From Alphaproteobacteria bacterium (GTDB lineage: Bacteria > Pseudomonadota > Alphaproteobacteria > UBA7887): DNA of 64,000 bases. The position numbers and the translations under genes were made by a program. Shown in pieces: positions 28,898 through 39,217 of this stretch. The stretch spans positions 4,320,001 to 4,384,000 of the forward strand of contig CBDCGL010000011.1 in the NCBI GenBank assembly GCA_965216755.1, given 5' to 3'. Position 1 is the first letter of the stretch. Every line of letters starts with the position of its first letter. The notes below the pieces were generated by a model that made no database searches, was not told the origin of the DNA, and was given only the letters and a program-made list of their open reading frames with translations.

Positions 28898-30733
28898 CTA
28901 GACGCCCATGGCGTCCTGCAGGGCCCGATCGAGGCCGAAATAGCGGGCCTTTTCGAGGAACTTGGGTTGCAGGCCGGAGGCGACGAAGTTGCCGGTGATA
29001 CGGCCCGATTCATCGTCACCGTCATATTCGAACTTGAACAGCTCCTGGGCGGTGATGATGTCGCCTTCCATGCCGACGATCTCCAGGATCGAGGTTACGC
29101 GGCGGACACCGTCGCGCATGCGCTGGACCTGCACGATCAAGTCGATGGCCTCGGTGATCTGGGTGCGCACGGCGCGCGAGGGCAGATTGAGGCCGGCCAT
29201 GGCGACCATGTTCTCGAGCCGGGTCAAGGCCTCGCGCGGGCGGTTGGCGTGGATGGTCGACAAGGAGCCGTCATGGCCTGTGTTCATGGCCTGCAGCATG
29301 TCGATCGCCTCGCCGCCACGGGTCTCACCCAGGATGATCCGGTCGGGGCGCATACGCAGGGCATTTTTGACCAAGTCCTGCATGGTGATCTCGCCCTGGC
29401 CTTCGAGATTGGCGGGCCGGGTCTCCAAGCGCACGGTATGGTCCTGCTGGAGTTTCAATTCGGCGGCGTCCTCGATGGTGACGATGCGCTCGTCATTGTC
29501 GATCAGCTGCGACATGGCGTTGAGCAGGGTGGTTTTACCGGAGCCGGTACCGCCTGAGATCAGGATGTTGAGGCGCGAGCGGGCGGCGATTTTCAAGACC
29601 ACGGCCATGGCCGGGGAGATATTGCCCTGCGACGCCATCTGATCGAGGGTGATGGTGTGCTGGGAGAACTTACGGATCGAGATCGATGGGCCGTCGATGG
29701 CGAGCGGCGGAATGATGATATTGACGCGGCTGCCGTCGACGAGGCGGGCATCGACCAAAGGCTGTGAGCGGTCGATGCGGCGGCCGATGGCGGTGGCGAT
29801 GCGGGTGGCGATCTGCATCAGCTGTTCGTCATCGCGGAAGCTGACATTGGTGCGCTCGAGCTTGCCGCCACGTTCGACGTAAACCCGGTTGCAGCCATTG
29901 ACCATGATGTCGGTGATGGCCTCGTCGGCGAGCAAGGGCTCGAGCGGGCCCAAGCCGATCATTTCGTCGACCAGCACGTCGACCAGTTGGTCGAGCTCGG
30001 AGCCGTTGAGGACGACGCCCATTTCATCGACGATCTCGGCGACCAGATCTGTGATCTGGCGGATCAGGTCGTCGCGTACCAGTGTCAGGGCTTTCTCGGC
30101 GTCGATGCGCTCCATGAGGGTGAGCTGGACGCGCTCTTGGAGGTCTTGGACGACGGGTGAGATGCGCTTGGCGCGGGGTTTGGCGGCGGTTACGGGGGCG
30201 GCATTGGCGACGGCGGGCAGATTGGTGCTGGTGTCGGCGCCTGTGGCCTCGGCATTGGGGGCCAAGGTGGCGAGCTGGTCGGCGGCGCGGCGGCGCGGAT
30301 GGGGCTTGTGGGCCGTGTCGGCGGCGGGTGCCGGTGCGGCGGCCTGAGGTGCGGGACCTGTGACCGAGCTGTCGGCGACGGCCATGACCTGGGCCATGAG
30401 ATCGCGCTCCTGGGCGAGCATGGCGGCGCGAACTTCAAGATCCTCGGCCTCGGCGAGGGAGACGGTGGCGGGCGCGGGCGCGGCGTCTACGGCCGGGGTG
30501 TGATCGGCGACCGGCGCTTCTGGGGCCGGCATGGAGACCGGGTTGGCGCCAGAGATGTTGGCGTGGGGCGCGGTCTCGACATTGTGTGTGTCGTGAGACT
30601 GGGCTTTGGCGGCCAATTCGGCGCGGGCGACCTGAACGGCATGGGCGCGTTCGGCGAGGCGATTGAGGCGATCATTGACGGCGGCGTCACGGCCCGGATT
30701 GTCATCGAAATTCTTTTTGCGCAGAGCGAACAT
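28898..30733 (-). CDS. cpaF: Second CpaF/TadA ATPase with a long Ala/Pro-rich N-terminal extension
   Basis: Same CpaF motifs intact; start set at MFALRKK. Confidence 0.92.
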   Translation of the reverse strand: MFALRKKNFDDNPGRDAAVNDRLNRLAERAHAVQVARAELAAKAQSHDTHNVETAPHANISGANPVSMPAPEAPVADHTPAVDAAPAPATVSLAEAEDLEVRAAMLAQERDLMAQVMAVADSSVTGPAPQAAAPAPAADTAHKPHPRRRAADQLATLAPNAEATGADTSTNLPAVANAAPVTAAKPRAKRISPVVQDLQERVQLTLMERIDAEKALTLVRDDLIRQITDLVAEIVDEMGVVLNGSELDQLVDVLVDEMIGLGPLEPLLADEAITDIMVNGCNRVYVERGGKLERTNVSFRDDEQLMQIATRIATAIGRRIDRSQPLVDARLVDGSRVNIIIPPLAIDGPSISIRKFSQHTITLDQMASQGNISPAMAVVLKIAARSRLNILISGGTGSGKTTLLNAMSQLIDNDERIVTIEDAAELKLQQDHTVRLETRPANLEGQGEITMQDLVKNALRMRPDRIILGETRGGEAIDMLQAMNTGHDGSLSTIHANRPREALTRLENMVAMAGLNLPSRAVRTQITEAIDLIVQVQRMRDGVRRVTSILEIVGMEGDIITAQELFKFEYDGDDESGRITGNFVASGLQPKFLEKARYFGLDRALQDAMGV

Positions 30734-31166
30734 TTTGCGAAGTCCCTTCCGAAAAACCCAACAGCAATCGAGAAGTAATTTGGCGGAAGGTGCGTAATTA
30801 TTCAATAAAGTTTTATGTAATGGTGGTCACACAATTGAGGGAAAGTGGAGTGTTATTTTATTAAAGTTGTATATAAATATGTAATAGTGATCACATATTG
30901 CGATCCCAACTTATTGACTACATTGATTGGCGGTATTTTTATTTACCAACCACACCCACTCCCTTCCCCCAATACACGCTCACCCAGCCAGACCACACTC
31001 TCTCGACGCAGGCGCGCCAACCGACCCGAATGGCCCGGCACGCGACGCTCAAAGAACTGTGGCCGGGCGTTGGCCCGGCCACGGATAGGTGACGGTATCT
31101 AGGGAAGGGGACTATTGGGCGCGAGTTGCGCGCGCCCAGTCCGGGGACGTTCGGCCGATTGGGGTG

Positions 31167-32672
31167 CTAAGCCGCCATGTTGCTGGACCCGAGCAAGTCC
31201 TCGTCGCCGCCCATCTTCTCGGCCAGCCGTTTCTTTGCGGCATCCTTGGTGTACAGGTTGGATAGCGCGTCATCGATCAACTCGTTCGTGAAATGGGGTT
31301 CGACGCCGTTGAACTTGCAGGCCGAAACCACCTGATCGATGATGAATTTGGGTTGATAGCAGGCCAGGTCGAAATTGCGATCGTTCAGCGCCGCAATGAC
31401 GTGGTTGAAGACATCCTGGGTCAATTGCAAGCCCCGATCGGCGGCGACTTTGTCGAAAATCCTGTAATAAGCGTCGTTCGACGGGCCGGTGGTCTCCAAT
31501 TTGTAGGGAATACGCCGCAGGAAGGCCGGGTCCATCAGATCGTCCGGCGACATGTTGGTCGAAAAGATGATCAGTTCGTCAAAAGGCGTCGAAAAGCTCT
31601 TGCCGGTATGCAGCTTCAGATAGTCGATGCGGTTCTGCAACGGTACGATCCAGCGATTGAGTAGATCTTCCGGGTTGACCAGCTGGCGCCCGAAATCGTC
31701 GATGATGAAGGTGCCGTTGAGCGCCTTCATATGCAAAGGCGCCTCGTAGAACATGGCTTGTTCGTTGAACTTCAGGTCGAGCATTTCGAGCGTCAATTCG
31801 CCGCCGGTAATGATGATCGGCCGCCTAATCGCCACATACCGCTGATCAAACATGGATTTGCGGACGGTCTTCGATGAGGACAGGACCGCTTCGCCTTCTG
31901 CGCGCGAGGCAGGGATATGCACTGCCGGGTCAAAGATCTTGATGATCTGTCCGTCGACATCGATGCAATAGGGCACATAGATGACGTCTTTGAAGATGTT
32001 GCCAACCTTCTCAGCTACCGATGTTTTGCCGTTGCCGGGTGGACCGTACAACAAGATGGCGCGGCCTGAATTCACGCCCGGGCCCAGCTTGCGGATGAAC
32101 TCCTCGCTGACCACCAAATCGGTCGAAAAGGCGCTCACGATTTCTTCCGGGCTGATCCGCTCGTTGGAAATGCTCTGCATTTGCACCCGGTCGGTATATT
32201 CGGCGAGCGAAATTGGTGCCGGTCCGACATATTGGCTTTGGTTCAGACATTCCACGGCGAAACTGCGCCCAGTTTCGGTCATCACATAGCGGAGTTCCGC
32301 GGTGGCGGCGCCGTTGGCCCCCAATATCTCGAAGAACCGGCGACTGATCCCCTCTTTCAGCAGCGGTAATACAATACCCGGCGGCAATCTCAGCGCCTTG
32401 GAGGCTTCCGACGGCAATTCCAGGCTGCCCACATACATGGTCTTGACCAGCAGTTTAAGGAGCGCGGCCTGGCTGATTCCGGTTTCCTGCAGGGTCTTTG
32501 GCGCGGACGGTGCGGAATGTAGCACCGCCGACAACTTTTCCTCGGTGATCAGATTGAGCGCCAGCAAACAATCAGATAACCGGCCGCCATTCTCATTTTG
32601 GTAGGCGATGGCATGTTCGACATCGTTGGGGGTCACCAAGCCTTGCGCGACCAAGATATCGCCGAGCTGCAT
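31167..32672 (-). CDS. AAA ATPase with N-terminal MshEN-like domain
   Basis: LGDILVAQGLVT....EHAIAYQ...RLSDCLL; Walker A YGPPGNGKT; IIDDFGRQ; DPAFLRRI. Confidence 0.8.
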   Translation of the reverse strand: MQLGDILVAQGLVTPNDVEHAIAYQNENGGRLSDCLLALNLITEEKLSAVLHSAPSAPKTLQETGISQAALLKLLVKTMYVGSLELPSEASKALRLPPGIVLPLLKEGISRRFFEILGANGAATAELRYVMTETGRSFAVECLNQSQYVGPAPISLAEYTDRVQMQSISNERISPEEIVSAFSTDLVVSEEFIRKLGPGVNSGRAILLYGPPGNGKTSVAEKVGNIFKDVIYVPYCIDVDGQIIKIFDPAVHIPASRAEGEAVLSSSKTVRKSMFDQRYVAIRRPIIITGGELTLEMLDLKFNEQAMFYEAPLHMKALNGTFIIDDFGRQLVNPEDLLNRWIVPLQNRIDYLKLHTGKSFSTPFDELIIFSTNMSPDDLMDPAFLRRIPYKLETTGPSNDAYYRIFDKVAADRGLQLTQDVFNHVIAALNDRNFDLACYQPKFIIDQVVSACKFNGVEPHFTNELIDDALSNLYTKDAAKKRLAEKMGGDEDLLGSSNMAA

Positions 32673-32815
32673 GTTAGGGTCCTTTCACCACCGGAGATGG
32701 CAGCCGAGGGCACGGGCGCAACGAACGCCCGGCTGCTCGGACAGTGTCACGAGTGAAATTGCGGCCGATTTCGGTGAGTCAAGGTCTTGGACAGAAATTC
32801 CGGCGTCACGGCTGC

Positions 32816-33866
32816 CTATGAAGCGCGGAACGTGCCGTGGAAGCTGATCGGCACGTGATGGGTCAACGCAGCGTCGACAACCGGCCCGGCAGTCAGGTCA
32901 TCGGCCCGCAAAATGGCCAAAAAATGCCGTTCCGGTGGTGCCGTCCAGCCCCGCGGTCAGCAGCCAGCCAGCGGCCTCATCCGGACCCGAACGCGGTACA
33001 AAGTTCGGTTCGCCGATATGCCGATCCAGGCCAAAATCGCAGCTCACCACACCGCCGTTTTCGAGGTCAATGCGTGCCACACGGTGCAGCAAACGATCAT
33101 CTGCTGTGCTCGCGACGAAATATCCGTAGCTGTTGTCGTGCAGGCTGCGCCGCGGGTCGACAATGGGAAATTCATAGCTCTGTTCTGCCGAGATCGTCTC
33201 TTCCGTCACCGTTCTACGGGCCACGTTCACGCGGTATCGACGCACAGTACCTTGAAGTGCGCTTGCCCCATGGCGTCCTGTCATGATCGCCGCGAACATG
33301 GGATCCTTACCGACAAAGTGGTCGGGCTCGCCGTAGGCGACAAAGGTCGCGAAGATCTCGGCATCGCTGTCATATGCATTCAGACCATGCCACATGACCG
33401 GCATCACGCCAGCTTGGGATACCGTCGGAATCGCCGGCACATTGTCCATCCAGCTGAGGGCAAGCGTTGTCCAAGTTGGGTAGAGAAACGCACCCGCACG
33501 GGATTCCTCGACAAACTTCTCGGTCCGCACAAAACGGTTGCGATTTCGGACCCGGCCATCCGCGAAATCGAAAGCCTGGATCATGCCATCGCCGTCCAGC
33601 AAATGACGTTTGCGATAGCCGTCACGGTCAAACAATCCGGGACCATTCCGGTACAACGTGCCATTCAGGGTTGGTGGCGGTTTTCCCGATTTGGCGGCGT
33701 GATAGTCATACGCGGTGGTCAGCGATTCGCCCAAGGTGGAAAGCCAAGCGCGCGATCAACTCTTGTTCTGTAACGTCGCGTGATTTGGCTTAACACAAGC
33801 CGGCGCTAATGCGGTCAGGGCGGCCGACGCGCTGCCGTTCATCAAAAACCGTCTCCGTATCAGCAT
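32816..33866 (-). pseudogene. Carotenoid oxygenase (RPE65 family) pseudogene
   Basis: LNGTLYRNGPG, DGDGMI, YEFP, GEPNFVP and, in another frame, PISFHG; in-frame TGA at 33756-33758, missing central region, frameshift near the A-run at 32919-32924. Confidence 0.8.
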
Positions 33867-33893
33867 TTTTCTCACCGAACAAATCTTGAACAA

Positions 33894-33912
33894 ATGTTAA
33901 CGATGTCAACAT
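33894..33912. promoter_or_regulatory. TetR-type operator palindrome
   Basis: ATGTTAAC-GAT-GTCAACAT between the divergent oxygenase and TetR remnants. Confidence 0.55.
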
Positions 33913-34039
33913 GGTTGCGAAATCGACCTGTCGTAGTGACCGAAGCTGGTCTAGAAGAAGGCGCGGAGAAGGAGCGTGCGTGACGAAATCAACGAAAAAC
34001 CGCACGGTGGAGCCATCAGAGTAGTCCATTGCGAAAAGA

Positions 34040-34378
34040 TTGGGCGCCTACCACCACGGCGATTTGCGCGCGGCCTTGCTGCAGGCGTCGATTGAAATTT
34101 TTGAAAACGATGGTATCGCGGCGCTGTCTTTGCGCGCCGCGGTGCGCGACTCGAGTAGGGCGGCCGCCATAGCGGCCTGGGCCTATGTACATGGACTGGC
34201 CACACTGATTGGCGACAGACAGATTGTTCCCGGTAAGAATGGGGCGCCAGAGCTTGAAGACTTGATGCGTGGCGCCGGATCAACATTCTTGAAGGGGTTT
34301 ATAGGTCATGCTGCGGGCATCGCCGATCATGCGCCGGAGGGCGAGACGCGTTCGGAGCAACGGCCCGAAAAAGGGTAG
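34040..34378 (+). pseudogene. Internally deleted TetR/AcrR (WHG-type) regulator
   Basis: YHHGDLRAALL...LSLR joined directly to AWAYVHGLATL; the recognition helix and middle region are absent. Confidence 0.7.
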
Positions 34379-34386
34379 CGTTAGAC

Positions 34387-35112
34387 ATGCGATGTGATCT
34401 GAGTGGACGACCGGCCAGGGCGTTGGCAATTGCGCTGTCGCTATTTTGGTTCATGGCGGGCGCGCAAGCCGATGTATTTGATGCGCATCGTCAGCTTATG
34501 GTCGATGCCATACGCGATGGTGATCATGGTCGTGTGGCGGCGCTGTTGAAAACACCGTACATAGATATCCACGAGCCCGTCGGCGCGCAGGCACTGAGTT
34601 TTCTGTATCTGGCGGTTTGGCGGTTGCAGCCAGAAATCGTCGAAACGCTGTTGGCAGCCGGCGCGAGTCTCAAGACCGTCACCAAGGGCGGCACCACGGT
34701 GTGGTGGCAGGCCATAAATGGAGGCACCTATTCAAGTACCCTGCCGGCAGACCAGGCAGCGGGCATTCGCCAGCGTCAATACGAGGTGTTCGCGCGATTA
34801 TATCGATCTGAAGGTTTTCCGATCGTGGTGCGCAACAAGAACGGCTACCTAAATCCTAACGGAAACATCTTCCATGTGATTGCCAGCCGCTGCGCGCGGG
34901 GTGCGGAAAACCAAGTGGCCGATGGCTTGTTTGCGATGCGCATTTCAAGACTTTTGACCGAGCCCGAGGTGATGCCTGTATCGCGCTTGATGCTGCGCGA
35001 ACCCACGCCACAGGGACTGGCGCCAGCCGACGTGGCCCGTGCCGTCGGTCGCCGCCATGAAGCCGCGCGTTGCGATGAGCTGGCCGCCTACTACGACGAA
35101 ATGGCGAAGTAG
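34387..35112 (+). CDS. Secreted ankyrin-repeat-like protein
   Basis: Signal peptide; LYLAV...PEIVETLLAAGAS. Confidence 0.6.
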   Translation: MRCDLSGRPARALAIALSLFWFMAGAQADVFDAHRQLMVDAIRDGDHGRVAALLKTPYIDIHEPVGAQALSFLYLAVWRLQPEIVETLLAAGASLKTVTKGGTTVWWQAINGGTYSSTLPADQAAGIRQRQYEVFARLYRSEGFPIVVRNKNGYLNPNGNIFHVIASRCARGAENQVADGLFAMRISRLLTEPEVMPVSRLMLREPTPQGLAPADVARAVGRRHEAARCDELAAYYDEMAK

Positions 35113-35138
35113 GGGCGCACGTCCAGTTTCCGTTGTCG

Positions 35139-35166
35139 AAAAAAAAGCGGGGCCCGAAAGCCCCGC
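35139..35166 (-). terminator. Intrinsic terminator
   Basis: GCGGGGC/GCCCCGC stem with an A8 run (T8 on the minus strand) between convergent genes. Confidence 0.8.
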
Positions 35167-35193
35167 CAAATTTTGTGGGTCTGGTCAGGCCGC

Positions 35194-36702
35194 CTAGGCG
35201 GTCGACTTGGCCACGAAGCCACATGAGGTTTCGTTAACCAATCCCGGCAGGCCACCAGCCACTTGGTATTGCGTCTTGATCTGCGCGAATTTGTCCTCGG
35301 TGAACGGACTATAGTCCGCCTGCAAATCAAGGTTGTAGAGCCGTGCGGAGTTGAATCCGAAGATCTGACTCTTGACGAAGCTGTCCGCACCGCCCATGGG
35401 TGCAAATCCGTGCTTCTCTTGCATATCTTCGGGAATTTCAAGCCGGCGCATGGCTTCAATCTGCCATTGCGGCGACCCGTACCACAGCGAATCCGTACCC
35501 CAAACCACGTGGTCGGCGCCCATGCCCTTAATGTAGGTGCCGAGCAACGCGGCCGCGAAACGCGGATTGGCCGTCGCGGAATTGGCGAACGAGGTGCCGA
35601 GTTCGGCATACACGTTTGAGACACCATATTCTTGCGGAATTTGCGCCAAGTGGCTCGCCCACTCGATTTCTCCGCTTTCTTCGAACTTCGCCAAGGCGGC
35701 ATCTGGCAGTTCCAAGAACGCGCGCAGGCAACCATGGTAGATGACAAAGTTCATGTCGGGCCAATCTTGTGCCGCCTTGCCAATATCCCAATGGGTATTG
35801 TATTGCCACACGCCCTTCCAGCTTTCCTCGTAGTCCGCCGGCAACAGGCCCTTGTGAATGGCGATCGTGTTTATACCCGCCGCGAGTGCTTTCTCATAGA
35901 ACGGGTACATCAGCTCTTCGTCGTCGAGCCGCCACGGGAATTTGGTCGCCGACGACAAAGGATCGCCAATGGTATAGGACTTCCACGCATCAGGTGACAC
36001 CTCCGCCAGCGCCCGGTCGACTTCGTCCATCCACCCGTCTTGGCCCGGCGTGATCACGAAGTGGCCCAGCAGGCGTCGGCTGCCGGCAACATCGTTGATC
36101 ATGTTGACGGCTTCTTTGATTTGGTCATTTGGCAGCAACCACCATTCAGGATCGTCGAACGGTGCGCCGCTCAATAACGCTACTTTCGTGTCGCTGTTCA
36201 TATAGATTTGGCGTACATAGTTTTCAAACTTATAGTACGCTAAAGTAAGTTGGCTCTTGTCCAGCGACGGGTTCCAGTGGTCCGAAGCAAAGATGCCAAG
36301 CCCCAACAGCCCTTCTTGGTTGAAGTCGTCGTGCACAAAGTGCGTTTGATCATCAAGGATGAATTGGTGCGACAAGGCGTCGGCGCGGGCTGCGGCCAGT
36401 TCCGGCTGCGCGGCTTCGGCTTCTGAAACCTGGAAAACATCGCCATAGACCTGGTTCATGGCCAAGAAAGCGGCGGCCATGCCAGAGCTTGTGCGCAAAA
36501 ATTGGCGCCGGTCCATGCCAAGCTTTTTGCCATAGAGATCCGCCAATTCGGCGATTCGGCCCTCGACTTGTTTTTGTTGCGCGGTTTGCGGCAGCGGATT
36601 GAATTCGCCGTTCGACATGATTTGTGTCGGTACCGGCGAATCAAAAGCAGCTTGCGCGGGATTAACCCGGTCAAACTCACGGTCGCTGAAATACGTTCCC
36701 AT
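35194..36702 (-). CDS. Amidohydrolase family protein
   Basis: DDQTHF, IAIHKG, FVIYH, VVWGTDSLW; internal DRRQFL motif. Confidence 0.85.
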   Translation of the reverse strand: MGTYFSDREFDRVNPAQAAFDSPVPTQIMSNGEFNPLPQTAQQKQVEGRIAELADLYGKKLGMDRRQFLRTSSGMAAAFLAMNQVYGDVFQVSEAEAAQPELAAARADALSHQFILDDQTHFVHDDFNQEGLLGLGIFASDHWNPSLDKSQLTLAYYKFENYVRQIYMNSDTKVALLSGAPFDDPEWWLLPNDQIKEAVNMINDVAGSRRLLGHFVITPGQDGWMDEVDRALAEVSPDAWKSYTIGDPLSSATKFPWRLDDEELMYPFYEKALAAGINTIAIHKGLLPADYEESWKGVWQYNTHWDIGKAAQDWPDMNFVIYHGCLRAFLELPDAALAKFEESGEIEWASHLAQIPQEYGVSNVYAELGTSFANSATANPRFAAALLGTYIKGMGADHVVWGTDSLWYGSPQWQIEAMRRLEIPEDMQEKHGFAPMGGADSFVKSQIFGFNSARLYNLDLQADYSPFTEDKFAQIKTQYQVAGGLPGLVNETSCGFVAKSTA

Positions 36703-36968
36703 TGAGGTTTACCTCCCCTTCGACGTGCTGAGTATCGATCTCGCAGTTCACGATCAAATCTTGCGTCAAGTAAAAACGGTTCTCAGTTGCAGTTGTTTCC
36801 GCAACATATCCGCGTTACCGCGAAACCCATCGCGTGCTCAACGCTCATTTTATAGTCTGTCGAAATGTCGCGGCGAAAACAACCGCTATGCACGATGTGC
36901 TGACAAACGAACGACCGCCGCGCATGGCGCGCGACGGTCGCCTATCGCAATCGAAATTGAGTTCTTGC

Positions 36969-37157
36969 TTAGCCGCCGGCGTCACCGGTTGATTGCTTGG
37001 TGGTTTTGGTCTTGGTGTCAGCCGTTTGTAGCGCATCCGACGAAACTTCATGCGATTTGCCGCTACAAAGACCGCCGGCCATCGCCGGAGCCGAGAGCGC
37101 AACGACCCCAAGCGCTAACAGGACCGCGGCCATAACTCGCCTGCCACATCCGAACAT
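36969..37157 (-). CDS. Small secreted protein
   Basis: Signal peptide ending AMA, GGLCSG, short polar tail. Confidence 0.5.
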   Translation of the reverse strand: MFGCGRRVMAAVLLALGVVALSAPAMAGGLCSGKSHEVSSDALQTADTKTKTTKQSTGDAGG

Positions 37158-37393
37158 CGGACATATCCCTTCGGTGATTTGCGATCGTTCAAGCACGACA
37201 GACCGGGCTTGGCTTGTCAAGGAAGGGCGGTTCACGACTTTGGGACTCGGGGTATCGCGCGTGGTCGCCATCATGGTGCATCCGGCTCATGCGGTATCTG
37301 GGGTAATTGCATAAAATCCCACGCATTCTCGGGATTTCGCCGGACGCGACGTGCGAACTGGCTAAATACAGAGCTATTTCAGGATGTTAGTGG

Positions 37394-37756
37394 ATGTCCG
37401 ATCTGATTCCGATTTCCTATACAGTTATGCATCTGCCGCCGGCGGCGGGCAGCACGGCGACCGCAGATAAGGATGACGATCGGACGGAAACGCGCCATGC
37501 CACAGGGCTCTTGCGTCGTGCCAACGCGGCTTACCGCAATGGCCGAAGAGCCGGCGACCTTAGCGGTCATGAGTGCGCGCCCGTTGGTGTCGTTTCGCCA
37601 CGATTTCTCGCGCAGGTGATCGCTCAGAACTTGACCTGCGATAAAGGGACTTTGGTTGCTGCCGATCCAGACGATTACGCCACCCACTATCAAGAGGCGA
37701 TCGACCGTGCCGATGCCGATCAAGGGCTGAGCTTTGTTCTAGATGTCAATGTCTAG
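37394..37756 (+). CDS. Hypothetical protein
   Basis: 120-aa ORF filling the gap between neighbours; no recognised motif. Confidence 0.45.
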   Translation: MSDLIPISYTVMHLPPAAGSTATADKDDDRTETRHATGLLRRANAAYRNGRRAGDLSGHECAPVGVVSPRFLAQVIAQNLTCDKGTLVAADPDDYATHYQEAIDRADADQGLSFVLDVNV

Positions 37757-37834
37757 ATAGTTAGGCCGAGATCAAAAGCGGTATGTCGACGCCGAATTTC
37801 GGCCACTCTGGCGATGGCTGGTGAATTGTTGCGT

Positions 37835-38584
37835 CTACAAAGATGTGCTGAGATTTTCCAAGGCGCCGGGTTGGCGGATCGTAATTACGCCCCTTTCCAT
37901 GGTGAGCAGCCCTTCCGATTGCCAGACCCCCATAACTTTGTTGATGCTCTCGCGGGTTGTCCCCATGAGGTTGCCAAGGTCTTGTTGTGAGAGCTTCAGC
38001 GAAATTCGGGTCCCGTCGGGAACCTGGTGTCCGAAATGCTCTGCGAGCCGCAACAGATGTTTCGCAAGGCGGGCTGGGAGATTCAGAAACACCACATCTT
38101 CGTAAAGGTCGCTGACCCACCGGATACGCCCGCACAAAACTGCCAAAAGGCGTACACAAAGCTCAGGCCGCTGCTTCAGAAAGGGCATGAAATCAGCAGC
38201 ATCGATGACCAGCAGTTCGCTGGGCTCCATAACCACGGCGTCCGCCGTCCGTTCCTTGCCGTCGATCAGCGCAATTTCGCCGAACAGTTCGCCCGGGCCC
38301 AGAATGTTCAGAACGACTTCCTTGCCTTCTTCCGAAAGCGTGCTGATCTTGATGCGCCCGCGCAGAATCGCCAGCAGGGCGTTACCGGCGTCACCCTTTT
38401 GGAATAGAATCTCGCGCGGCGTGCAGCGCCGCAAATGCGCAAAAGCCAACAACGACTGCCATTCGCTGTCATCCAAATGATGCAGCAAGAAGTGCTTGGA
38501 TAGGATCTCCCGCCATTCGCTTCGGCTGACTGGTGCCACCACAGCCACTCCCGGGTACCGCCATTGTTCTGACTGTTGCGGCAA
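37835..38584 (-). CDS. Crp/Fnr family transcriptional regulator
   Basis: FGEIALIDGKERTADA cNMP-binding motif; LSQQDLGNLMGTTRESINK HTH. Confidence 0.92.
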   Translation of the reverse strand: MPQQSEQWRYPGVAVVAPVSRSEWREILSKHFLLHHLDDSEWQSLLAFAHLRRCTPREILFQKGDAGNALLAILRGRIKISTLSEEGKEVVLNILGPGELFGEIALIDGKERTADAVVMEPSELLVIDAADFMPFLKQRPELCVRLLAVLCGRIRWVSDLYEDVVFLNLPARLAKHLLRLAEHFGHQVPDGTRISLKLSQQDLGNLMGTTRESINKVMGVWQSEGLLTMERGVITIRQPGALENLSTSL

Positions 38585-38747
38585 TCATACCGTCATGTGG
38601 CCGATGGCGCACGGCTAAGTGGCTTGGTGGCGGATATGCGATGTCCAAGTAGAAGCGCCGCACGGTCAGAACCAGCGGCACGGCGGCCCTCTACCCGCAT
38701 CAGAACGGCATTAGCCTACGGTCGTATTTTGTCTCGGAAATCGCGCC

Positions 38748-39056
38748 CTATAGAGTCGACGTCCCGCGGTGCCACATACGCGCCGCGGTGCGCACGCCGG
38801 GGCGCTGATCGGTATGCGCGATCATCCGGTGCTGAGACCATTTGCCCTTGCGTGCGTGTGTCTCAATGGCCGCAAATTGTGCCGCCGCAATAACCATATC
38901 CGCGGGCGAGCGCACATCGCCGGTACGTGCGTCCGCTTCCAAGGCCGGGCCGCACGCCTGCGCCACAGTCGCCGTGACAACGAGCGCGCCCGCCAGCATT
39001 GCGCCAGCGAGGCGCCGCATTACGACGGGTTTGGAAACAGGAAACATGTCCATCAC
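38748..39056 (-). CDS. Secreted hypothetical protein
   Basis: GGAG RBS, signal peptide ending AQA-C. Confidence 0.45.
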   Translation of the reverse strand: MMDMFPVSKPVVMRRLAGAMLAGALVVTATVAQACGPALEADARTGDVRSPADMVIAAAQFAAIETHARKGKWSQHRMIAHTDQRPGVRTAARMWHRGTSTL

Positions 39057-39217
39057 TCCTTGGCGTCGAATTCTTTGTGCGCGTATCCTATAAATGCTTA
39101 CGTAAAAACGCTGTTAACTGGTTCACAGGCGAAGGTTCATAGCGTGATCACGTTTGCGCGACTGGGATCCGAATAGACTTGTCGGATACGGTTTCGACGC
39201 GGAATGGGACTTGGGGC

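Noticed and set aside
33756-33758. In-frame TGA as selenocysteine or readthrough
   Set aside because: The gene has additional deletion and frameshift lesions, so decay is the simpler explanation
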